The notes under the pieces are model-generated. The model was given only the letters and a program-made list of their open reading frames with translations. It ran no database searches and was not told where the DNA came from. From Octopus bimaculoides (taxonomy: Eukaryota), in assembly GCF_001194135.2 (NCBI RefSeq), contig NC_068985.1, forward strand, positions 106,334,173 through 106,371,407: a DNA stretch of 37,235 nucleotides, written 5' to 3'. The position numbers and the translations under genes are program-made. Of this stretch, positions 21,872-32,633 are shown piece by piece. Position 1 is the first letter of the stretch; the number at the start of each line of letters is the position of its first letter.

Positions 21872-22041
21872 CTGTTCGTAGTCAATTCTACACGACAGTT
21901 GAAATACTGTATCAAGAAGGTGCGGTGATGATGCAGAGCCGGTTGCGGTACATGTCGTACGTGAAGTTGTGGCTGTGATGCTGCCGCCTGGGTTACTTGG
22001 TACAAGAGTTCTCGCAGGTTGTATATGCGCTGTTGATCCAT
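21872..22041 (-). CDS. candidate first coding exon of an unidentified gene (MDQQRIYNLRELLYQVTQAAASQPQLHVRHVPQPALHHHRTFLIQYFNCRVELTTN)
   Basis: Strong Kozak context (aacATGG), in-frame TAA seven codons upstream, donor CAG|GTATTT, CpG-retaining sequence, and a promoter motif cluster ~90-180 bp upstream. Confidence 0.45.
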
Positions 22042-22127
22042 GTTGTCAGTGGCGAGACCTTAAAAGGTCTGGAACCAAAAAACATAAGGAGTTGCAGGCT
22101 CAGCTGAGGTAGAAAAACAGGCTGTCA

Positions 22128-22219
22128 CACGTGACCTTATTTGAAGGCTGCAATTGGTTGGGTTTCAAATTGGCGCGCGATAAAGCAAGAGACAAATTGC
22201 GCAAATACCAACCAATCAG
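22128..22219 (-). promoter_or_regulatory. putative cell-cycle promoter: CDE/E2F-like + CHR tandem, CCAAT boxes, E-box
   Basis: The minus strand reads tcGCGCG-ccaa-TTTGAA (22180-22164). A second TTTGAA lies at 22140-22145 (+). ATTGG at 22153 and 22169, CCAATCAG at 22212, CACGTG at 22128. Confidence 0.55.
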
Positions 22220-22340
22220 AGTAGTGGACACAACAAGGTCTAAAATGCAACCAAAGGCTAGCTGTTATCTACTACGTTCGTATGTATGTATATATAATAG
22301 AGAGGAGAGGAATTTCACTCAAGTGTACGCTACACATTTA

Positions 22341-22370
<30 letters not shown>

Positions 22371-22373
<3 letters not shown>

Positions 22374-22597
22374 CGGTTATAAATCCAATCAACTTCACGC
22401 CTGCCAGGTTCCTATATATATATATATGTAACGGTTAGTTCTTCGTTGCAGTCGAGGGTCACCAATTTTAACGGTATTGTTAAGATCGAATCAGTGGTCA
22501 CCAATTGTAACGGTTGTTGTTAAGGTGTTGGTTGCTAGTGTGCAAGATGGAAGAAGAACAGTGATCGAAGCTGTAAAAAAATATTTATTTACCGTTA
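22371..22597. promoter_or_regulatory. cluster of five TAACGGT (Myb-type YAACKG) sites with interspersed CCAAT
   Basis: TAACGGT at 22371, 22429, 22469 and 22508 (+) and 22591-22597 (-). CCAAT at 22385, 22462 and 22501. Confidence 0.5.
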
Positions 22598-23429
22598 ATT
22601 TGTATAATGCCTTGCCTCGACGGGCAGGTGTGTGTATCATATAAAAACAATAGAGTTATCTTTTCTTGTATGTTGTTGCTATTTTTGTTTAGTCAACTGC
22701 TAGCTGCTTAACTAGGAATTAGAGGAAGGTAGAGTGAATGTTAAGTGTAAGAAGTCGATAAAATGAGACCTTCATGGTGCCTGACATTTAAACAGCTGTG
22801 GTGTTGTGATAAGACACTGTATCATAGTTGACATCCTCACTGTAAGCCTTCTCTCAGTTGAATTATCTCACTAACTGGATTCTGCCTGTGGTCGCCTCTA
22901 CGTCATCTCCTTTTTGCCAACTAACCTTTTTCCTACCGTGTTTTAGTATTTATAATTATCCAAACTAGTTAGAAGGAGAGACTTATTGTTGAGAATAATA
23001 GATTTCGTTGGCGGTCTGTTATCTCTATTCTAGATTTTGGTGGCCTAGAAAAGTTTAGAAAGGTCAAGTGGCAAAGACATTATTCTGCTTAGCGAAGGCA
23101 TCTGGCTAATGTAACTGCTGTCACTCACAGAAAAACTACTGTTTTACCATGAGAAAAGTGCTGTTGAACAGTTAAGTGAAATTTGGCGATCGAGGATCGA
23201 ATCCACGCTATACCTTCACGAAGCCAACGAATGTATTTAAATCTGCTCTATTCATTGTAAGCCTCTTTTTGTCTTCTGAGTTACAGGGCAACCCTACTAG
23301 TGTTGGTGCCTCGAAAAGAAACTAAAACATTCAAGAAGTTGTTGATTGAGGATTCAGGCAGTGATAACACAGAGTCTGAGAAGAGAAATCTCTTCTGTCT
23401 TGGCAACGGTAAGGAAATCAATAATGTAT

Positions 23430-23552
23430 CCAGTACACTCTGTAAATGAGTGGTGTTAGGAAGGGGCATCCAATGGTAGAAATTGTGTCAATACTGAGAC
23501 ATTGCAGCAAGATGTGGTCTTCTTCTGCTGGACTCTGTGGAACCGTCTAACT
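23430..23552 (+). mobile_element. RTE 3'-tail fragment interrupted by the MITE at 23553
   Basis: gtacactctgtaaatgagtggtgttaggaaggggcatcc...aaccgtctaact, with the tail remnant (gaacgtaaaatg) resuming after the MITE. Confidence 0.55.
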
Positions 23553-23884
23553 CATGGGTTCTCAACCATTTTTTATCTATGGATCCCTTTGAATATTATT
23601 TTATTCTGGTGGACCCTCATAGCCATTCATTGTTTAAAAACTAGTTTTTAGAAACTTCTTTCAAAATTTCGGTATTGTTTTTCTCACGTAAACTTGTGTA
23701 GGTTGAGCTATGTAAAATGTTAGAGAAAGAAGCCCAGCTGTTTCTTGCAATACATACATCTAAAGCAAAATTTTCTCAGAGGCCCTTAGAATACTATTAT
23801 GGCTCCCCAATATACTATTTTGTTCTGTGGACCCCCAAAAATCTTATATGGATCCTCAGGGGCCATATAAGCTTAGAACCACTG
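23553..23884 (+). mobile_element. hAT MITE, same family as 5890-6338 but without rRNA insert
   Basis: catGGGTTCTCAACCattttttatcta...aaaaactagtttt...cttctttcaaaatt...gctgtttcttgcaatacataca...cagaggccctta...caaaaatcttata...ttAGAACCACTG. Confidence 0.85.
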
Positions 23885-23994
23885 GTTAACCAACAAAAGT
23901 GAACGTAAAATGGTAAAAATGCTAAGGTAAGGTATCGTTAAGCACAGAGAAAAACAATAATGGTATAAAATTGATTAAATAAATACCTGTTCCA

Positions 23995-24299
23995 ATGACT
24001 CGGTGATTAGAGCATTGGGCTCACAATCATGAGGTAGTAAGTTCGATTCCCGGACCAGGCTGTGTGTTGTGTTCTAGAGTAAGACACTTTATTTCACGTT
24101 GCTCCAGTTCACTTATCTGTAGAAATGTGTTGCGATGTCACTGGTGCCAAGCTGTATCGGCGTTTGCCTTACCTTTAGATAACATCAGTGGCATGGAGAG
24201 GAGAGGCTTGTATGCATGGGCGATTGCTGGTCTTGTGCCTCGGAGGGGAACTTTCTAAGTGCAATCCAAAGGTCATTCATGACCGAAGAGGGTCTTTAC
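23995..24299 (+). mobile_element. tRNA-head SINE, family D
   Basis: A-box-like ggtgattagagc and B-box agttcgattccc, followed by gtgttgtgttctagagtaagacacttta, a common SINE body motif. Confidence 0.75.
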
Positions 24300-25599
24300 T
24301 CCGTTCCAATCTATGTAGCCGTAAACTGATACCACATTTGTGATATAACTGACTGAACTGCGTCCGCAGAAAATATGTCTGAGAATCAATTGTTGCTGCT
24401 CATATAGGCTTACAAGCATGCATATGTGCAAATATGTATGTATGATTCAGCAGACCTATTATCAAATACATTCCACTGGAGACCGTACCGTATTTATTTT
24501 GATAAAATGCATAAGACAATGTTTTATCTGTGTCCTTTATTTGAGCCAGCAGACTGCATTTGAATGAAAATTGGTTTGTATATCTAGCAGCTCGAGTGGC
24601 CGCATAGAACCCATCGCAGTGACTCGATTACTAAATAGGAAAGCGCATGAAAATGAAAGTTCTTTAGGTAGCATAAAATACAGAGCAAGGGAAGTAACTC
24701 TAAGAGTTGCTTTCCTTACGTCAATATTTTCATTAAAAGCGTAAGATTGAGACCCATATAATGAGTGAAGATGCAGCTGCCAATTTGGCAAGTATCTTCT
24801 TCGATTTCGCCTTTTATTTTTCCAGGGCAAATAAGATAGACACCAATCAAATCTAGAGGTTGATTTTATCTATAAGAATATAAATCCTCGTGTCTATTTT
24901 ACACCTCAAAGAGTAGCGAAACCTCGGGAAACAGCAGTCTAAAGTGCTTCCCATTCCAAATAATTACTCTCAGCTTGTAAGATCTTGATGTGTCGGAATC
25001 CATACATGTTAGATGTAGGTATACGAGCATGTTGCTGTCCTAAGCAGAGCTATGTGGAACTGTGTGTGAAAAGATCTAATATTACTTTCTACTGTAGCCA
25101 TAAGGCCTGGAATGTTGCGGGAGGGGGTAAGTCGACAGGAACCGATGTAAGGGGAATAACATGGCTCTGCCCAAAGGCTTGCCGATCTTGTTCCGGATAT
25201 TTTTTGTTTACAAAACTAACTGCCCAGCGCGCTTTCCTCCATTCAGTTGTTGATAGGTTATGTGCCTCCAGCCATTTAAAATCTGGCGAGTCACCCATAG
25301 AGCTAAGCGCTTTATAGGTACCAAATCAATAGCCACTCTCTGACCGGTTATTACAAACAAACTTCTTTACATATATATATATATATATATATATGGGGAT
25401 GGTATTACTAAAATATCGTCACTAGTGACAATCGAATTATCAGCCGTACAGGCAAATTAGTAAAATATATACATACAATATTAGATATGTACATATATAC
25501 ACAAGTACACTACATGAGCACCTACATCGCTAAAAAATAGAAGTCAAAAAATACTTCTGTACCACCGAATAGTCACAAATCTATTACAGACATGACAGG

Positions 25600-25760
25600 A
25601 AAAAATATCAGGGAACAATAATAACGTCTTACCTCTACTGGGTCAGAACAAGTAAATGAATGGAAAAGTCTTTGACATTTTGAGCCTACAGTCTTTGACA
25701 GAAAGGATTAAGAGGGAAAAAAAAGAAAAGAAAAACAGAGAGAGAAAAAATAAATGTGTA
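25600..25760 (-). mobile_element. probable Penelope-like pseudo-LTR fragment with decayed hammerhead-like motif
   Basis: gaaaagtctttgacattttgagcctacagtctttgacag is similar to 36206-36244 (gaaagtcttttaccttttgagcctatgctcttcgctg). Confidence 0.45.
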
Positions 25761-26244
25761 GTATAATTATATAAGGGAATATTGTACTGAGGATGAGAAA
25801 TAAGCTATTTTACAGCTTTAATCTCGAAATCGGACCAACACATAATTGACTGGAGTTTTATTTTGTATTTTCATTTGCTCATCTCCAACCCGTATTGTTG
25901 CAGAAACTAAAAGTGGTTTTATAACGTTTTTTGGCATAATCTTACAACATGCTGGAGCAGGGTTTTCCCCTGTTCCTTTATATAATTATATAATTTATAT
26001 ATATAATTACTATTTTAGTATAATTTAACAAGGTTTTATAGCATGTTGGCCACTTGATATTATCATTTACATCCTTGTTTGTGTGTGTGTATTCTATATA
26101 TATGCCAATTAAATGAACATGTATGTGTGGATGAATAAATTTTTCCTGTGTCACAGCATCCATTAATGACTGATTTAGTGACTGTGATGAGCAGAGTGAC
26201 AGACAAGTTGATATCTCACTATAGTTAATAAGTTGGTCATTCAG

Positions 26245-26799
26245 ATGCTCTTTGAAGGAAATGCTTACAAGCAGAACAGGTAAAGAATTCTTCTAGTTTA
26301 TATTTTGGCAACATTCTCTCTTCATTATAAGGCAAGACATGTCTATACTAAAGAAAGAACTGAACAAGAGGTTTTGTTAATTCATATTTTATACTTTGGA
26401 TTATTTATTTCCATTGATTTATTTGGCTCCTTTCATTTGATGTTTCACATTTTTGAACAGGAGACACATGGGATGGAGAGTCACTGAAGAGGTCACAAGA
26501 TGTGTGACGGAAGATTTCAAACAGGGAGCATTGATATAAAAACAATAATAAAGCTGAAGTGAAGAATGACTATATATTACATGTATTTTTTGCCCCCCCC
26601 CCTCGCCCTACACTTAAGAAAAAAAAAATGACCACCCTGAAATATAACAATATTTGTATTTTTAATGACTTGTTTTTATGACTATTTGACTCTGTTGCTC
26701 ATTATCAAGAGGATGGTCAAAATTGAATATGGGTATAAAATAACAGGAAACCATGTGATCCAGCAGTGCTCTCAAAGCCACTCACCTGATGACATGCAG
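26245..26799 (+). CDS. candidate exon cluster of an unidentified gene: 26245-26279, 26332-26370, 26461-26539, 26710-26799
   Basis: Donors CAG|GTAAAG (26279) and CAG|GTACAA (26799); strong acceptor (...tttcacatttttgaacAG|) at 26460. The first three splice in phase (MLFEGNAYKQNRQDMSILKKELNKRRHMGWRVTEEVTRCVTEDFKQGALI*). 26710-26799 is an open 30-codon phase 0-0 segment. Confidence 0.3.
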
Positions 26800-27734
26800 G
26801 TACAAAGCTATTGCTGGATCATGTTTATATAATATTCATATAATAATATATATAATACGTGAAACACTCAGCAGCTTACAACAGTTGCTAATGCACAGAA
26901 ATAATTGTGATTTGTGTTAAAGCTTGTTCATTCCATCTTCTTGTGTCATAAATTTACACACATACGCGCACACACACACACACAATTTTCCTGTTATTTC
27001 AACATGAGGATATTCCCAAAGGACCTTCTGCATGTTCATTCAATCTGCTGGAAATAACAATCAAAACTTCTCTAAATCCCACTCTAGCAACTTTAAAAAA
27101 AAAATAACAAGAACATATTAAGGAACATCAAATAAAGTCAAAACATATCCAAAATTATCTCCCATATTTACTGGAAGACTCAAAATTATATAATCAATAA
27201 CTTAATTTTTTTTATTATTGCATTGTTTTTCCTGTGCTTGATTTTTGATGATCTATACATTAAATATGTTAAAATAAATTTAACTATAATGTCTTTCATG
27301 TGTATGGCATCAGTGAGTAATTTATTCTCTGAATATTTTTCTTTTTCTACATCTACAAGCATACATTCTTGTACATTTACTTAATAATAATCACATCTTT
27401 ACTTCAGTAATCAATATGGTAAAGTATATATTTTGCTGAGGATATCTAATAAGACAGGAATATAGCTGGAGTTATCTCCCTTAGTGGCAGAAAGACTCAA
27501 AATAATTTTTTTTTTTCCTAATTAGTATTTTGATTATCCCTGCTTCAAATATCGAAACAAAGTTAGTCCCTGATGCACCTAAACAAATGAAATGGTCAGA
27601 ATTGGGTTGCCTTTGATCATGAGTTTGCTCAATGAGTGTTGACTTATGGTTAAATAATAACAACAACTAAAACAACAAATAAAACTAATTGCAGCATTAT
27701 ATACATGTCTACACGTTATGTAATAATATTAATA

Positions 27735-27900
27735 GACATTACACTCTCGGATTGGTTGGCGTTAGGAAGGGCATCCAGCTGTAGGAACTCTGCCAAATCA
27801 GATTGGAGCCTGGTGTCGCCTCCTGGTCCACCAGTCCTCAGTCAAATCGTCCAACTCATGCTAGCATGGAAAGCGGACGTTAAAAGACGATGATGATGAT
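27735..27900 (+). mobile_element. RTE 3'-tail element, well conserved, with (GAT)n end
   Basis: Near-identical to 7550-7704. Confidence 0.88.
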
Positions 27901-27964
27901 TATATAATGATATAAATATTCCATTGCATCATTCATTATTATTTTGCCACCATTACCTACCTTC

Positions 27965-28160
27965 ACAGCCACCACCACCACCACCACCACCACTGCTGCT
28001 GCCACCATCACCACCATTGCTACAATGATATGGCAAGCACCACTGCAAATATCACATCCACAATCACTACAGCCACCACAACTAATAAACACTACAACCA
28101 CCACTGCCATCACCACAACCACTACGACTATAGCCACCACTACTGCTGCCACCACCACGA
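27965..28160. repeat. imperfect (CAC/ACT)n trinucleotide repeat
   Basis: accaccaccaccaccaccaccactgctgctgccaccatcaccacc... Confidence 0.9.
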
Positions 28161-29922
28161 AACATTGATCCTCCTCAATGCAACAGCTGTTTCATTTAGT
28201 CAACTATACTGATCAGCTCCACGTATCAATCACATAGCTACGACTGTTAGTCAGTCTGTTTGTCTGTGTGACTAAGACATCACCAGAGCTGTTTTGTCTG
28301 TCTTGTGAGTAGAACTTGCTTTCTCTCTCTGTTTCTTTCTCAGAGATAGATTTGTTTATCAAACCCCATCGTGCTTCTGTAAATCAAGGACAGTTTTGTC
28401 CATTGTACCTTTCTTATGTTAACATACTTGATTGTGAATTTGAGTGATATTTAGCTGCTATTTCAAGCAGATGCAGAGACTATAGGGCTCTGTCTTTTTT
28501 TTTTCTTCATTGAGTCATCATCTTTGTTTTTGTTGTTTGTGCTATTATTTCTATAGTTGTTGTTGTCGTTGCTGCTGTTGTTCTCTACTTTCTTTCAGTT
28601 TTAACTATGGTATATAAAAAAAACAATGAAAATGTGTGAAAAATTTGTTTGGATATTTTTTGACTGTAAATGACTCTCCACTTGGTTGCAAACTTTTAAT
28701 GAATTGCCAAGAATGAAATCCCTTACACANNNNNNNNNNNNNNNNNNNNNNNNNNNNNNNNNNNNNNNNNNNNNNNNNNNNNNNNNNNNNNNNNNNNNNN
28801 NNNNNNNNNNNNNNNNNNNNNNNNNNNNNNNNNNNNNNNNNNNNNNNNNNNNNNNNNNNNNNNNNNNNNNNNNNNNNNNNNNNNNNNNNNNNNNNNNNNN
28901 NNNNNNNNNNNNNNNNNNNNNNNNNNNNNNNNNNNNNNNNNNNNNNNNNNNNNNNNNNNNNNNNNNNNNNNNNNNNNNNNNNNNNNNNNNNNNNNNNNNN
29001 NNNNNNNNNNNNNNNNNNNNNNNNNNNNNNNNNNNNNNNNNNNNNNNNNNNNNNNNNNNNNNNNNNNNNNNNNNNNNNNNNNNNNNNNNNNNNNNNNNNN
29101 NNNNNNNNNNNNNNNNNNNNNNNNNNNNNNNNNNNNNNNNNNNNNNNNNNNNNNNNNNNNNNNNNNNNNNNNNNNNNNNNNNNNNNNNNNNNNNNNNNNN
29201 NNNNNNNNNNNNNNNNNNNNNNNNNNNNNNNNNNNNNNNNNNNNNNNNNNNNNNNNNNNNNNNNNNNNNNNNNNNNNNNNNNNNNNNNNNNNNNNNNNNN
29301 NNNNNNNNNNNNNNNNNNNNNNNNNNNNNNNNNNNNNNNNNNNNNNNNNNNNNNNNNNNNNNNNNNNNNNNNNNNNNNNNNNNNNNNNNNNNNNNNNNNN
29401 NNNNNNNNNNNNNNNNNNNNNNNNNNNNNNNNNNNNNNNNNNNNNNNNNNNNNNNNNNNNNNNNNNNNNNNNNNNNNNNNNNNNNNNNNNNNNNNNNNNN
29501 NNNNNNNNNNNNNNNNNNNNNNNNNNNNNNNNNNNNNNNNNNNNNNNNNNNNNNNNNNNNNNNNNNNNNNNNNNNNNNNNNNNNNNNNNNNNNNNNNNNN
29601 NNNNNNNNNNNNNNNNNNNNNNNNNNNNNNNNNNNNNNNNNNNNNNNNNNNATATATATATATATATATATACATACATACATATACATATATCTGTAGT
29701 TATGCATTTGTCAATCTGTTTATCTATATCATCATCATCATCGTCGTCATCATTTAATGTCCATTTAAATGATGCTGCTCCAGTTGCTGCTGCTGATGAT
29801 ATAGATAAATAGATCTCTCTATATTTTATGGACACACACACACATGCACATACATACAAATACATGTATATATACATATATATATATATACATGTTTATA
29901 TACATACATATATATATATAGC

Positions 29923-30088
29923 TGCAGGAATGGCTGTGTGGTAAGTAGCTTGCATACCAACTATATGGTTCCAGGTTCAGTCCCACTGTGTGGCACTTTT
30001 GGCAAATGTCTTCTACTATAGCCTCAGGCCGACCAAAACCGCGTGAGTGAATATGGTAAACAGAAACTGAAGGAAGGCTGACATATAT
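29923..30088 (+). mobile_element. SINE family A
   Basis: ggctgtgtggtaagtagcttgc...ggttccaggttcagtcccactgtgtggcac...gtcttctactatagcctcaggccgaccaaa...gaaactgaagga. Confidence 0.88.
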
Positions 30089-30109
30089 AAATGCATGTGT
30101 GTGTGTGTG

Positions 30110-30287
30110 TATGGCTGTGTGGTAAGAAGTTTGCTTCCTAACTACATGGTTCCTGGTTCAGTCCCACTGCATGGCACCTTCAACAAGTGCCTTCTGTTAT
30201 AGCATCAGGCCAACCAAAGCCTTGGGAGTAGATTTGGTAGATGGAAACTAAAAGAAGCCCATCGTGTGTTTGTGTGTGTATATATAT
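30110..30287 (+). mobile_element. SINE family A, second tandem copy
   Basis: Same head and body immediately after the (GT)n tail of the previous copy. Confidence 0.88.
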
Positions 30288-30794
30288 NNNNNNNNNNNNN
30301 NNNNNNNNNNNNNNNNNNNNNNNNNNNNNNNNNNNNNNNNNNNNNNNNNNNNNNNNNNNNNNNNNNNNNNNNNNNNNNNNNNNNNNNATATAATAAAGTA
30401 TAAGGTGTATTATGAGCACTTATAGAACACAATTCGATATAAACTCAACAAACAACTAAAGATGGAGAAGAGAAGATGTTAAAAGTTTGATAGCATTTTA
30501 ATCCCTGCATACAGGGAAGAGATTAAATCAATTATAATTAATTTAATTATGTATTACCATTCTCGTCATTGCAAAAAATAAAGGAAACACCAGAAAAGTC
30601 ATAACAGAAGAAGAAATATGTTGTTACAGGATGCTGCATTGAGTCCGTGTCGGATAACTCATTCGGATATTAATAAAAAAGAATGTGAAAGATGAAATAT
30701 AAAAAGATGGTTATGTAGTGTTGAGTCTAGTTGTGTAAGAACTAAACATATATATATATATATTTATGCATGTGTGTCTTTGTGTTTATGTTTG

Positions 30795-31036
30795 TCTTCC
30801 CACCGTTGCTTGATAACTAATGTTGGTGTGTTTATGTCTCCATAACTTAGCAGTTCAGTAATAGACATGAATAGAATAAGTATTAGGCTTACAAAGAATA
30901 AGTCCTCAGGTCGATTTGTTTGACTAAAACCCTTTGAGGTGGTGCTCCAGTATGACTGAAATAAGTAAAAGAATATAGATAGATAGATAAATAGATAGAT
31001 AGATAGACAGATAGATAGATAGATAAATAGATAGAT
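30795..31036 (+). mobile_element. SINE family B with (TAGA)n tail
   Basis: ccaccgttgcttgataac...gttggtgtgtttatgtc...aggtcgatttgtttgactaaaaccc...ggtgctccagtatgactgaaataagtaaaagaa followed by (taga)n at 30975-31036. Confidence 0.8.
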
Positions 31037-32426
31037 AATGTATAAATTGTTGACATCATAAAAATTTATAAACTATCAAGAGAACATGGAATAATTCTTT
31101 TGTAGAATGGACTCTCAAAATGCATATAAAGCTATAAATGATAACATGTAAATTTTGGATTAAAAAATCCTTTTGGGGTAGAATGTGTCAAAGGTTTTCT
31201 TTGGTACAATAGTAGAATGTTGGTCATATCTGCAAGAGATGTGAATTCATGTACCGCAGGCAGTCTTCAACATTTTCTACCTCAATGGCTTTTTCAATGG
31301 TAGATGTTCAGATTCAGGATTGGGAGAGGGGAAGAGTGTGATGGGCTTCTTTCAGTTTCTATCAACCAAAACCACCCACAAGGCTTTGGTTGACCCATGG
31401 CTTATAAGATGTTGTGCATTGGGTCTGAACCCAAAATCATGTAGTTTTTCTTTTTTAAGAGATCATGGGCCAAGTTTTTGGGATCTGATGATATGCCATA
31501 AAGCTAAACCCTTTATGGATGGGAAACCTAAGGTAATCCCATAAACTGGTCTTCCCTATTTTAAATATATATATGTGTGTGTGTGTGTGCGTGTGTGTGT
31601 GTGTGTGTATACAATATAATATAATATATTATAACATAATATAAAATACAAATATATATGTCTATATATACATACACAGACAGAGATACACACACACACA
31701 CACATGTATCACTGTTTTAATGCCCACTTTTCAACACTTGCATGGGTGAAACAGAATTTATCGAGGTAGATCTTCTATGGCTGGATGCCATTTCTGTTGA
31801 CACCCTTCCCCTGTTTCAATACAAAGTAATATTTCATCATGGTTGGGCATGTTTTTACATAAGAATGAATACGAACAACAGTAATTAAGAGCTCAATTAA
31901 CCACAAGTCATTAAACTTCAATATGTCATAACATGGCAGTAGATGGGGTGGGAGAATCTCATATTCATACATGTAATCAGCTAAAAAAATCCATAAAAGC
32001 AACATATATTTAGAAGAATAAGGTAGGAAAGCATGATCAGTGGTGTTTTTGATGATTTATGATTAGCATTGCTTTAAACTAATTTAATTTTCATTAATAA
32101 TGTATCTTAATTATGTAATTATAGAATTAATTACATCAATTTCTCATGAAACAGCTGTTGAAAGTAATTAAATTATGATATACCAATGAATTTATGCTTT
32201 TTTACATTTTATTCTATTTGTCTGTCCATCCATCCACTCACCCAACCATACTATCAACTCAGATTTTTGGTTGGTACTTTATTTTATCAAACCGGGGGAG
32301 AGGGGGGGGGATGAAAGGCAAAGTTGACCTTGGCAGGATTTGAACTCAGAATGTAAAAAGCCAGAAGAATTTCCATAAGGCATTTTGTTTGATGCTCCAA
32401 TGATTCTGCTATTTCACTGCCTTCTG

Positions 32427-32568
32427 TGTCTATGTATGTATGTATGTATGTATGTATGTATGTGTGTGTGTATGTATGTATGTATGTATGTGTGTGTATG
32501 TATGTATGTGTGTGTGTATGTGTGTGTATGTATGTATGTATGTATGTGTGTATGCATGAATGTATGTA

Positions 32569-32631
<63 letters not shown>
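32427..32631. repeat. compound (GTAT)n/(GT)n/(AT)n microsatellite, the tail of the adjacent SINE
   Basis: Seen directly. Confidence 0.95.

Positions 32632-32633
<2 letters not shown>

Noticed and set aside
22427-22640. Solo LTR starting TGTAACGG
   Set aside because: No matching terminal CA with TSD, PBS, PPT or second LTR found; kept only as an alternative explanation for the Myb-site cluster.
23995-24070. tRNA gene
   Set aside because: A/B boxes are present but there is no complete cloverleaf; it continues into a SINE body. The same applies to family A and C heads.
27880-28212. Mucin-like Thr-rich or Val-rich ORFs
   Set aside because: Translation of a (CAC)n trinucleotide repeat; no convincing splice or start context.
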